Source of the DNA: a bacterium
GTDB taxonomy: Bacteria; 4484-113; JAFGCY01
Length of the DNA: 64,000 nt
Assembly: GCA_016932385.1 (NCBI GenBank)
Contig: JAFGCY010000096.1
Location: 26,084-90,083 of the forward strand
Direction: 5' to 3'
A program made the position numbers and the translations under genes. Positions 41,150-55,104 of the stretch are shown here, piece after piece. Position 1 is the first letter of the stretch. Each line of letters begins with the position of its first letter. Below the pieces are notes generated by a model that was given only the letters and a program-made list of their open reading frames with translations, was not told where the DNA came from and ran no database searches.

Positions 41150-41919
41150 GCCGCCCTCCGCATGGCTTGGCGTAACACGAGAAAGACGAACTGAGGCAGC
41201 ATCCCCAGCCGTTTGAACCGGGACAAGTCCTGCATTGAGCGGTAGGCCCATTCCAGCCCCGTGCCGCGCATCCACATCGGCGCGCGGCTGCGCTTGCCGG
41301 CGAAGACCTCCAGTGCTCCACCGACGCCGACCATGATCGGCACCTGCAGTTCGTTACGATGTTCCGCGATAAACCGCTCCTGTTTCGGGCAGCCCATTCC
41401 CACGAGCAACAGATCCGGCTGGGCATTTCTGATCCGCTCGACCATCATCCGTTCTTCTGACGACGTGAAATAGCCGTCCGCTGTTCCAACGACCGCCAGG
41501 CCCGGCAGCTGCGCGCTGATCCGCTCCCCTGCGGTTTGGGCGATGCCCTCCTCCGAACCCAGCAGATAGACCCGCCCCTGATACTTGGCCAGCTTGGCCA
41601 TCAGGTCGAAGGCCAGATCGATGCCGGGGTAGCGATGCACGGCGTTTTTGCGCAGCATACGGGCGGCCCAGGTCAGACCGACACCGTCGGAGACGTACAT
41701 GTCTCCGCGCCGCAATACCTTTTGTGCATCAGGCTCGCGCTGCGCCGCAAGAATCATTTCGGCGTTAAGAGTGACCACATGCGTCTGAACCCTTGCTTCA
41801 AAAAGCTGCCAGAGCAGCTCCAGCACATCCCGAGGTTCACCGACGCATAGCGGGTAACCCAACACCTCCGATACTTGTATTTGCGCGCCCACGCCGCCCA
41901 CCTCAGCTGGGCAGTTCAT
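41146..41919 (-). CDS. WecB/TagA/CpsF family glycosyltransferase
   Basis: VTLNAE, DGVG, GIDL, VGMGCPKQE, GVGG, RAP.WM...GLEW.YR; start 41919 or 41892. Confidence 0.93.
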   Translation of the reverse strand: MNCPAEVGGVGAQIQVSEVLGYPLCVGEPRDVLELLWQLFEARVQTHVVTLNAEMILAAQREPDAQKVLRRGDMYVSDGVGLTWAARMLRKNAVHRYPGIDLAFDLMAKLAKYQGRVYLLGSEEGIAQTAGERISAQLPGLAVVGTADGYFTSSEERMMVERIRNAQPDLLLVGMGCPKQERFIAEHRNELQVPIMVGVGGALEVFAGKRSRAPMWMRGTGLEWAYRSMQDLSRFKRLGMLPQFVFLVLRQAMRRAA

Positions 41920-41939
41920 ATCTGCATTATCGAAATTGC

Positions 41940-41966
41940 TCAATTGCGAGTTAAACGCGCCGATAA
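41940..41966 (+). promoter_or_regulatory. Sigma28 (FliA/SigD)-type promoter
   Basis: TCAA-15 bp-GCCGATAA immediately before a flagellar-type gene. Confidence 0.65.
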
Positions 41967-41977
41967 TCATGACTGAG

Positions 41978-42445
41978 ATGGTGGATGTTGGTCAAGTTGA
42001 CACATTGCTGGCGACCTATGCGCCGCCCGTAACGTCCGGTGCGCTGGGCGCCGCCGACCCCCTCGCCCCTCTTGATACCGGCAATCCCGGCTCATTCCTG
42101 AACACGCTCGCCGCCGAGATGAGCCTGCCCGCTGACACCACTTCGAGCGCGGTGGTTGACACCGCCGCCGCGCCGGCGGACCAGGCTGAGATCAGCCAGG
42201 TCGCGGCCCAGCTGGAATCCCTGATGCTGGAGATGCTGCTTAAGCAAATGTGGGAGACCATTCCCAAAAGTGAGCTCTTCGGCCAGGGGCTCGATTCCAA
42301 GTTTTACCGCGAGATGTGGATCGAGGAACTCTCCAAGGACCTGACGGAGAACGGCCCGGGCATCGGTCTCAAGGCCATGCTGGAGCAGGAGCTGACCATC
42401 ACGGACGGTCGGTCCGTCGATCCCTTCATGCTGGGCACCGAGTAG
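41978..42445 (+). CDS. FlgJ N-terminal rod-binding domain protein (no muramidase domain)
   Basis: VAAQLESLMLEMLLKQMWETIPKS.LFG.....FYREM..EELS, GIGLKAML..EL; start uncertain (41969, 41978 or 41981). Confidence 0.75.
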   Translation: MVDVGQVDTLLATYAPPVTSGALGAADPLAPLDTGNPGSFLNTLAAEMSLPADTTSSAVVDTAAAPADQAEISQVAAQLESLMLEMLLKQMWETIPKSELFGQGLDSKFYREMWIEELSKDLTENGPGIGLKAMLEQELTITDGRSVDPFMLGTE

Positions 42446-42642
42446 ACGCCGCCGGTTCCCTCCCGTTCCCGCTAGGCCATGCACCGGTCCAAGGCTATAA
42501 TTCTTGCGCGGAATCGCGGCATACCCCGGGGCCAGTTCGGCCATACGCCTGTCAACTGCATTGGGTAAGCTATTCGCCGGGAATCCATGGTAGTTAGCAA
42601 CGTAACACGAGTCCACGCGGCTCGAAAATATCTGGTGCAAAC

Positions 42643-43397
<755 letters not shown>

Positions 43398-43398
<1 letters not shown>

Positions 43399-44864
43399 TG
43401 CCGGCAGCGGACGGAGCCCAGGAGAAGACAGGGATGCCAATAGACGAAACAACTGAAGCGGGACAGACGGTGGCCCAGCCCGAGATCGGCGCTTACGCCG
43501 CCGGCTGGCACGACGCCGACACCAAGTACAGCTTCCGTGCCGAACCGGGCCTGTCGGAAAACGTCATCCGCCAGATAAGCGAGATCAAGGGTGAGCCGCA
43601 ATGGATGCTCGATTTCCGCTTACGTTCCTACGAGCACTTTCTAAAGCGCCCGTTGCCGCGTTGGGGCGGAAACCTGGGCGAGTTGGACTTCGATTCGATC
43701 TATTACTACCTCAAGCCGGAGGCCGAGAACGCGCGCAGCTGGGACGATGTCCCCGAGGCGATCAAGGACACCTTCGAAAAACTCGGCATTCCCGAAGCCG
43801 AGCGGACGGTGTTGGCGGGCGTCGGCGCGCAGTACGACAGCGAGACCGTGTACCACAACCTCCAGCAGGAATGGCGCGACAAGGGTGTCGTCTTCCTGGA
43901 CATGGACGGCGGCCTGCGCGAGCACGAGGATATCGTCAAGGAGCACTTCGGCACGGTGATCGCGCCGGAGGACAACAAGTTCTCGGCGCTGAACAGCGCC
44001 GTCTGGAGCGGCGGCAGCTTCGTCTACGTGCCCAAGGGCGTCCAGCTGGAAATCCCGCTGCAGGCGTACTTCCGCATCAATGCGGACCGCGCGGGCCAGT
44101 TCGAGCGCACGCTGATCATCGTCGAGGAAGGCGCCTTCGTGCATTACATCGAAGGCTGCACCGCCCCGACTTACGCCAGCGAAGCGCTGCACAGCGCGGT
44201 TGTCGAGATCATCGCCAAGCCCGGCGCCCGTGTGCGCTATAGCACCGTGCAGAACTGGTCGGCGAACGTCTACAACCTGGTCACCAAACGCGCCGTCGCC
44301 ATGGAGCACGCCACGGTGGAGTGGCTGGACGGCAACATCGGCAGCAAGCTGACGATGAAATACCCGGCGGTCGTACTGGCCGGCGAAGGCGCGCGCGGCG
44401 AGGTGCTAAGCGTGGCCTACGCCAAGGACGGCCAGCACCAGGACACGGGTGCCAAGATGATCCATGTCGCGCCGGGCACCTCGAGCCGCATTATCAGCAA
44501 GTCGATCAGCAAAGGCTTGGGTCGCTCGAGTTACCGCGGCCTGGTGCGCGTCCACAGCGGCGCGCGCGGGGCCAAGAGCAATGTCGAGTGCGATGCCCTG
44601 TTGCTCGATGAAAACAGCCGCACCGATACTTATCCGTATATCGAGATCGACGAGGATTCGGCAAGCGTGGGCCACGAGGCGCGGGTCAGCCGCGTCTCCG
44701 AGCAGCAGGTGTTCTACCTGATGCAGCGCGGCATCCCCGAACCGGAGGCGATGGCCTTGGTGGTCAGCGGCTTCATCGAGCCGATCACCAAGGAACTGCC
44801 GCTGGAATACGCCGTCGAGTTGAACCGCCTGATTGAACTGGAAATGGAAGGGAGCGTCGGATAA
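43398..44864 (+). CDS. sufB: Fe-S assembly scaffold SufB
   Basis: [45 protein letters not shown]. Confidence 0.98.
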
Positions 44865-46183
44865 TGCCTGCCACCACGCAACAGCTATCGCCCGTCGAGC
44901 GGAAACTGGCCAACTGGCAGCCCGCAGCGGACGTGCCGGACTGGTTCGCCCAGCAGCGCCGCGACGCTCGCGACGCCTATTTCGACTCCGCGCTACCGGA
45001 TCGCTCCGACGAGGCCTGGCATTACGGCCATCCGCAGCATTACACGCTGGACGACCTCGATATCGCCCACGCGCAGCCGGGTTTCAACGGCATCCGCTAT
45101 GAGCGCATCTGCGGCCTGACCGGCCAGCCGCGCCGTATCGCCTGCCTGAGCATGGTCGGTGATAACGTCGCGGAGATCAGCTCCAGCACGCCGCTACGCG
45201 ATGCCGGCGTAACCGTCATGTCCCTGCGCCAGGCGCTGGCCTTGCGCGGCGATCAGTTGCAGGACTACTGGCAGCGCGAGCTGCTCAAAGCCGACCGCGA
45301 CCGCCTGACCGCCAGCCACTATGCGCTGATCGACAACGGGTTTTACGTGCACGTGCCGGCCGGCGTCACCGCTCCCGAGCCGATCCACCTGATTATGGAA
45401 ACGGGCGAGCAGGGCAGCGTGGTCGCGCCGCATGTGATCATCGGCGCGGAAAAAGGCTCCACCTCAACCGTGTTCGTCCACTATCTGGGCTCGACCTACG
45501 AAAAGCGCAACCTGCAGCTCGGCCAGTTGCACGCGCATCTGGATGACGCAGCGAAGCTGTCCGTCGTCAAGGTCGAGCACGTCGGACTGAATACCGATAT
45601 CCTGACCCAGGAGCTCGCCAACGTCGGCCGCGATGCCAAATACGTCAGCGTCGCCGTCCATTTCGGCGGCAAACATCTGCGCCATGAGGCCGTGGCCAAT
45701 CACGCACAGCCCGGCGGTTCCAGTGAATTGCTCGGGATGCATTTCGTGCGCGACCGCCAACGCTACGACTTCCAGACCACGCAGGTGCATGCCGCGCCCG
45801 AATGCGCCAGCAACCTGCTGTTCAAGGGCGCTGTGATGGATCGCGGCCGCGCCAGCTACCAGGGCATCATCCAGGTGCATCCGCATGCGCAGAAGACCGA
45901 CGCCTACCAGACCAATCGCACGCTCTTGCTGTCGCCGGAGGCCCGTGCCGACAGCTCGCCGCAGCTGGAGATCCTGGCCAATGACGTCCGTTGCAGCCAT
46001 GGCTCGACGGTGGCGAACGTCGACAAAGACCAGATTTTCTATCTGGAAAGCCGCGGGATCAGGGCCGCCGAGGCCCGGCGCCTGATCGTCAGCGGCTTCA
46101 TGGCGGAAATCGCCGACCGCGTGCCGCTGGCTACCGCCCGTGACTACGTGTATAACTACGTCCTGGACCGCGTCAATGAGTAA
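44864..46183 (+). CDS. sufD: Fe-S assembly protein SufD
   Basis: AQKTDAYQ.NR.LLLS, PQLEI.ANDVRCSHG.TV, FYLESRG. Confidence 0.96.
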   Translation: MPATTQQLSPVERKLANWQPAADVPDWFAQQRRDARDAYFDSALPDRSDEAWHYGHPQHYTLDDLDIAHAQPGFNGIRYERICGLTGQPRRIACLSMVGDNVAEISSSTPLRDAGVTVMSLRQALALRGDQLQDYWQRELLKADRDRLTASHYALIDNGFYVHVPAGVTAPEPIHLIMETGEQGSVVAPHVIIGAEKGSTSTVFVHYLGSTYEKRNLQLGQLHAHLDDAAKLSVVKVEHVGLNTDILTQELANVGRDAKYVSVAVHFGGKHLRHEAVANHAQPGGSSELLGMHFVRDRQRYDFQTTQVHAAPECASNLLFKGAVMDRGRASYQGIIQVHPHAQKTDAYQTNRTLLLSPEARADSSPQLEILANDVRCSHGSTVANVDKDQIFYLESRGIRAAEARRLIVSGFMAEIADRVPLATARDYVYNYVLDRVNE

Positions 46184-46484
46184 CTGGATCGAAGCCTGCA
46201 GTCTGGACCAGCTCAAGGAAGGCCTGCCCTACCCCGTCACGCTGGATGACTACGATATCGTGCTGATCCGGCAAGACGATTCCGTCTACGCGCTGGCGGA
46301 CAACTGCACGCACCAGGATTTTCCGCTCAGCCAGGGGAAAGTCGGCCCGGACCGTATCACTTGCCGGGCCCACGGCGCGCAGTTCTGCCTGAAAACCGGC
46401 AAGGCGCTCAAGGCTCCGGCTTTCGCCGGCGTTAAAACCTTTACCACCAGGATCGACGACGGTATCGTGTTTGTAGATGTATAG
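46176..46484 (+). CDS. Rieske-type [2Fe-2S] ferredoxin
   Basis: CTH...L..G and CRAHGAQF ligand pairs; ATG 46176. Confidence 0.93.
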   Translation: MSNWIEACSLDQLKEGLPYPVTLDDYDIVLIRQDDSVYALADNCTHQDFPLSQGKVGPDRITCRAHGAQFCLKTGKALKAPAFAGVKTFTTRIDDGIVFVDV

Positions 46485-46505
46485 GGCCGTCTGTACCGGC
46501 AAACC

Positions 46506-46534
46506 TTGTCTAACCATCTTTTCCCCGTCATAAT
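46506..46534 (+). promoter_or_regulatory. Internal sigma70-type promoter before sufS
   Basis: TTGTCT-17 bp-CATAAT in the 92-bp gap. Confidence 0.5.
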
Positions 46535-46576
46535 AAGGGGACGGCCCAATGCGGGCCGAAATACAGGTGGTGTTAA

Positions 46577-47851
46577 GTGTCCGATACCGCAGAGAGTCTG
46601 GTAATGAACGAAGACGAAGTTCCGTGTACCCCGCTTTCCCCGGAGGAAGTCCGCCCCGACTTTCCGCAGCTTAACCGGCGCATCGGTGATTATCCCCTGG
46701 CCTACCTTGATAACACGGCGGCTACGCTCAAGCCCCGCCAGGTAATCGAGGCGATCGATCACTTCTATGCGACCTGCCCAGCCAACGTGCACCGCGGCAT
46801 CCACACGTTAAGCGAGGAAGCGACCGACGCCTATGAAAGCTCCAGAAAGCGCATCGCGGCGTTCATCCACGCCCCGCGCGAATCCGAGCTGATCTTCACC
46901 CGCAATACGACCGAAGGGATCAACCTGGTCGCGGACTGCTGGGCACGCCGGCGGCTTAAGCCTGGTGATGAAGTGCTGGTCACGGTGATGGAGCATCACG
47001 CCAACCTGATTCCCTGGCAGATCGTGACCGAAGCGACCGGTGCTACATTGAAGTTTGCCCGACTCCACCCCAGCGGCCAGCTGGACCTGGACGACTGGTA
47101 CAGCAAGCTGAGCGAGCGTACGAAGTTCGTCAGCATGCCGCAGGTTAGCAATGTCCTGGGCGTGATCAACCCCGTCAAGACATTGACCGCCGCCGCCAAA
47201 GCCGTGGGCGCGACTGTGCTGGTCGATGCCGCGCAGAGCGTACCGCACATGCCGGTCGACGTCGTCGACATCGGCTGCGACTTCCTGGCGTTCTCTGGCT
47301 ACAAGCTGCTGGGCCCCTTTGGCATCGGCGGCTTGTGGGGGCGCTACGAGCTACTCGACGCTATGCCGCCCTACCAGACCGGCGGCAGCATGATCCACAC
47401 GGTCACGCTGGAGAAGACCACCTTCGCCGACCCGCCGCAGCGCTTCGAGGCCGGCACGCCGTCGATCGCCGACGCGGTGGGCTTTGCCGCGGCGATCGAC
47501 TACCTGACCAACGTCGGGATGGACCGCCTGCATCAGCGCGAGATCGAACTCAGCAAGTACATGCACGAGCGCCTGGCCGAAATCCCCGGTCTGCGCATCC
47601 TGGGCGAGTACTTCGAGGGCAAGCCCGGCATCGCCAGCTTCGATCTGGCATACGCCCATGCGCACGATGTCGCGCAGTTCCTCAGCGACGAGGGCGTCGC
47701 GGTCCGCGCCGGCCATCACTGCGCCGAGCCGCTGCACCATGAATTCAACTCCGAGAGCACATCCCGGGCCAGCCTCTACCTCTACAACACCGAGGCGGAA
47801 ATCGATCAGTTGATTGCGGGCCTGGGCACCGTAAGGGAGATCTTCGGATAA
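46577..47851 (+). CDS. sufS: Cysteine desulfurase SufS
   Basis: YLDN.A.T.KP, NVHRG, EHHAN, SGYK (PLP Lys), RAGHHCA. Confidence 0.97.
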   Translation: MSDTAESLVMNEDEVPCTPLSPEEVRPDFPQLNRRIGDYPLAYLDNTAATLKPRQVIEAIDHFYATCPANVHRGIHTLSEEATDAYESSRKRIAAFIHAPRESELIFTRNTTEGINLVADCWARRRLKPGDEVLVTVMEHHANLIPWQIVTEATGATLKFARLHPSGQLDLDDWYSKLSERTKFVSMPQVSNVLGVINPVKTLTAAAKAVGATVLVDAAQSVPHMPVDVVDIGCDFLAFSGYKLLGPFGIGGLWGRYELLDAMPPYQTGGSMIHTVTLEKTTFADPPQRFEAGTPSIADAVGFAAAIDYLTNVGMDRLHQREIELSKYMHERLAEIPGLRILGEYFEGKPGIASFDLAYAHAHDVAQFLSDEGVAVRAGHHCAEPLHHEFNSESTSRASLYLYNTEAEIDQLIAGLGTVREIFG

Positions 47852-48339
47852 TGGACCTGAAAACTCTGTACCGCGAAGTGATCGTCGACCATTATAAGAA
47901 GCCGCGCAACTCGACGCCACTCGATCATCCGGACGTCGAGGCCAAGTGCAAGAATCCGTCCTGCGGAGACCGCGTGACGCTGCAACTGCGCTTTGCCAAC
48001 GACAACCTGGCCGAGATCGGCTTTATCGGTGTCGGCTGCGCGATCAGTCAAGCCAGCACTTCAATGATGACCCAAGCCGTGAAGGGTAAGTCGCGCGAGG
48101 AAGTGCGCCAGATCATGACCGCGTTCCGCGAGATGGTGGTAGAAGGCGCGGAGCAGCCCGATGCGGAGGCACTTGGAGACTTGGTGACGATGCAGGGTAT
48201 CGCCAAGTTGCCGGCGCGCGTGAAATGCGCGATGTGCGGCTGGTCCGCGCTGGAGGCGGCTTTGGACGAGCAAAGCGAGGAAGTGGACATGGACCAGGAC
48301 ACCTCGATGCCTGAAGCCAAGCGCGGCGGCGGCATGTAA
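47851..48339 (+). CDS. sufU: Sulfur-transfer protein SufU
   Basis: LYREVIVDHY..PRN, NPSCGD, GCAISQAS, PARVKCA. Confidence 0.96.
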   Translation: MDLKTLYREVIVDHYKKPRNSTPLDHPDVEAKCKNPSCGDRVTLQLRFANDNLAEIGFIGVGCAISQASTSMMTQAVKGKSREEVRQIMTAFREMVVEGAEQPDAEALGDLVTMQGIAKLPARVKCAMCGWSALEAALDEQSEEVDMDQDTSMPEAKRGGGM

Positions 48340-48362
48340 GCGAACGCCGTCACGGCGCCGGC

Positions 48363-48590
48363 TCAGGCCTCGCCGATCATGCCCTTGCGGTACCAGGCGG
48401 CACCGGCGCACAGGATCACGACAACCGGCAAGGCCAGCCCGTTGGCCAGTTGCTTGGCGGTCAGCACGTCGTAATGGCCGAACGGCGACCGCCAGTCCAC
48501 GAATGCCACGGGGAAGCCTTTGTCGATTCCCAACAAGACATAGGCCAGGTAGATGACCGCCAGAATGATGATGATCATCATGTCTTTCAT
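48363..48590 (-). CDS. Small hypothetical membrane protein (two TM)
   Basis: Two hydrophobic segments; TGn-TAGAAT 6 nt before the ATG. Confidence 0.65.
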   Translation of the reverse strand: MKDMMIIIILAVIYLAYVLLGIDKGFPVAFVDWRSPFGHYDVLTAKQLANGLALPVVVILCAGAAWYRKGMIGEA

Positions 48591-48661
48591 GGCTTGATTC
48601 TAGCAAATCGCGGTGCGCGCGGCGTGACGGCGGATCTTCCGGAACCGTCTAGAATAAGCCG

Positions 48662-49162
48662 ATGCTAAGCCTGTTGACCGACCTCGAATTCCCCGGCGCT
48701 CCGGCGCCGGACCTGCAACGCCAGCCGGCGGGCTTCGACCTGACCTGCGCGCAAATCGCCCGTTTCACCGGCACCGGCGCGATCGACCTGACGAACTCCC
48801 GGCGCGAACTGCCGGCGCTGTCGCCGCTGGCCTGGCCGCCTGCCTCTGCCGCCGCCGAGTCCGTCTCGCTGGTTCTGGACCCGGCTGGCTATCTGGTTAC
48901 ATATAACGAAGAAATCGCCGTACCGGTTGATTGCGCCGGCATCGTCCTGCCGCGCAGTTCGCTGATGCGTTGCGGCGCGACGCTGCACAGCGCGTTGTGG
49001 GATCCCGGCTACCGCGGCCGGGGCCAGGGCCTGCTGACCGTCTTCAGCTCGTTGAGGCTGTATCGCGACGCGCGGATCGGCCAGTTCATTCTGCTGCGAC
49101 TGGAGGCCCAGGCCGACAGGACCTACGACGGCCAGTACCAAGGTGAGAACCTCGACCGCTAG
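48662..49162 (+). CDS. Trimeric dUTPase/dCTP deaminase family protein
   Basis: QPAGFDL, PRSSLMR.G, LWDPGYRG, RIGQF, YDGQYQ. Confidence 0.88.
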   Translation: MLSLLTDLEFPGAPAPDLQRQPAGFDLTCAQIARFTGTGAIDLTNSRRELPALSPLAWPPASAAAESVSLVLDPAGYLVTYNEEIAVPVDCAGIVLPRSSLMRCGATLHSALWDPGYRGRGQGLLTVFSSLRLYRDARIGQFILLRLEAQADRTYDGQYQGENLDR

Positions 49163-50112
49163 TCCTGGAAGTCGCTATCCACGCCCACCGGCAGCGAATA
49201 GCGCAACACGACGGGCCGGGCCAGGTCGCCTTCGCTGATCAACCCCAGGCCGTCGAGGATCGCGCAAAGGCAGCGGCCCGGCTGGAACTCCACCACTTCC
49301 GCGCTGCCGATCCGCTCATAGTCATGCCAGACCACCAATCCCTCCGCGTTGGCGATGCCGTTGTCGCGCAGGATCGTCAGCTCGTCCCCCGGTTCCAGCC
49401 CGCAGGTTTCGTCCAGGTCGACCACGAGCGCTTCGCCGTTGACGGCCAGGACTAATCCTTGCAGTGGTAATTGCTCGGTCAGCTGGTAGATCGCCGCGCC
49501 CAGGACCTTGTAGGTGGCATGGCCGATCATCGTCTCGCTGAAGTCCGTCGATGTGAAGTCGATGCTGGCCGCCCAGCCCGAGCTGATGCGGTCCTGGCGC
49601 GTGCCTTCGCGGCTCTCCCGCCCGTCCAGCAGCCACTGCGCCAGTTCCTGGCCGCCCTCGGTCTCGATCAGGCGCAGGCTCAGCGACACATAAGCCACGT
49701 TGGATCCCGTGCCCAACATGCGGCTCAGGTCGTTAAGATCGTCGCTGAGATCGACGACCTGGTCCCGGTCGCTGACGGCGAACGCGACAACCTCCCCCAC
49801 TACCAGGTAGTCGCAATGCTCATTGAGCAACGCCAGCTGATCCTCGCTGAGCCCGACCAGTGCGTCGTATTCCACCGCGGCATCCTTCAGCAGCGCTTCC
49901 ACTTCGGCCACGCCCAGCGCTTCGCCGACGCCGGATAGCGATATCTCCTGAGCGAACAACCGCGCGATACCCCGGCCGACATTCGGGATCTCCGCCGCGA
50001 AAGGCGCGACGCCCACGACGGGCCTGGCCGCAAGTGCGGGCAACGAAGTGGATAATAAAAAGGCCGCCAGAAATATGCTGAGGAAAATCGCTCTGTGCTT
50101 GGTTGACGTCAA
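49159..50112 (-). CDS. Secreted CsgG/FlgT-like fold protein
   Basis: Signal peptide, VGVAPF, DYLVVGEV, LRLIETE.G; C-terminal beta domain (GLEPGDEL); TTG start with GGAGG. Confidence 0.55.
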   Translation of the reverse strand: MTSTKHRAIFLSIFLAAFLLSTSLPALAARPVVGVAPFAAEIPNVGRGIARLFAQEISLSGVGEALGVAEVEALLKDAAVEYDALVGLSEDQLALLNEHCDYLVVGEVVAFAVSDRDQVVDLSDDLNDLSRMLGTGSNVAYVSLSLRLIETEGGQELAQWLLDGRESREGTRQDRISSGWAASIDFTSTDFSETMIGHATYKVLGAAIYQLTEQLPLQGLVLAVNGEALVVDLDETCGLEPGDELTILRDNGIANAEGLVVWHDYERIGSAEVVEFQPGRCLCAILDGLGLISEGDLARPVVLRYSLPVGVDSDFQD

Positions 50113-50131
50113 CGCATTACCTCCGTATAAT
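50103..50131 (+). promoter_or_regulatory. Sigma70 promoter of tRNA-Thr
   Basis: TTGACG-17 bp-TATAAT. Confidence 0.75.
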
Positions 50132-50158
50132 CACTGGCCTGGCGATATTATCGCCGAC

Positions 50159-50230
50159 GCCGACGTAGCTCAGCGGCAGAGCAGCTGATTCGTAATTAGC
50201 AGGTCGTCGGTTCAAATCCGACCGTCGGCT
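50159..50230 (+). tRNA. tRNA-Thr (anticodon CGT), CCA not encoded
   Basis: Acceptor GCCGACG/CGTCGGC, D-arm TAGCTCAGCGGCAGAGC, anticodon arm GCTGA-TTCGTAA-TTAGC, T-arm GTCGG-TTCAAAT-CCGAC. Confidence 0.96.
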
Positions 50231-50244
50231 GTTTTTCTCTGAAG

Positions 50245-50736
50245 CTACGCTTTCCGCTCATCCATCATATCGCCCAGCATGGCATTCTCTTCCTCGCTGA
50301 GAATCCGCTCGACATCCAGGATGATTAACAGGCGGTTTTCCAGCTTACCCACGCCCGAGATGTAGCCGCTGTCGATCGTCGTCGTCATGGCCGGCGCCGC
50401 GCTGATCAGGTTGCCAGACAGTGTCAGCACTTCGCTAACCTCGTTAACCTGCAAGCCCACCGTCAAATTACTGTATTCCACGATAACCACCTTCATTTCG
50501 GAGTCACCGGTGGACCCGAGATTGAACCTGGTATGCATGCAGATAATCGGGATAATTTGACCGCGTAAATTGATAACACCGAGAATATATTTCGGGGCAT
50601 TGGGCAGCTGCGTAACTTCGGGCTTACGGATGATTTCCTTTACGAATTGAATGGGGATTCCGTACTCTTCCTCGCCTAACGCAAACACCACCAGCTGGAT
50701 CGATTGGTCAGCAGAACCAACGTGCTCAATGTCCAT
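50245..50736 (-). CDS. cheW: Chemotaxis coupling protein CheW
   Basis: VVFALG.EEYGI.I..VKEI, GVINLRGQIIP, RLLIILD. Confidence 0.95.
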   Translation of the reverse strand: MDIEHVGSADQSIQLVVFALGEEEYGIPIQFVKEIIRKPEVTQLPNAPKYILGVINLRGQIIPIICMHTRFNLGSTGDSEMKVVIVEYSNLTVGLQVNEVSEVLTLSGNLISAAPAMTTTIDSGYISGVGKLENRLLIILDVERILSEEENAMLGDMMDERKA

Positions 50737-50853
50737 TGTATCCTCCAGACACTTGCTTGTGGAAACTCGTCGTTATCGACGTTTCGATTCAATTATCACC
50801 GAAAATGCCGATTTTTCATGGTTAATTATCAAGATTAACCAAAGCTTCACTTC

Positions 50854-52275
<1,422 letters not shown>

Positions 52276-52284
52276 TCAACCGAG

Positions 52285-54975
<2,691 letters not shown>

Positions 54976-55104
54976 TCACTTGGTTGGTTAATTGGCGCCC
55001 GTAATTATATTACTCGCGCACAGGGGTTGGATTGCCCCTGGCGTCCCGCGCACCACCAAAGCGATACGCGAGACGCCAGTAATGTTAACAGCAGTTTGGG
55101 AACT

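Noticed and set aside
50159-50245. tRNA-Thr as an integration site
   Set aside because: No integrase nearby and no duplicate of the tRNA 3' end noticed; cheW ends 14 bp away.
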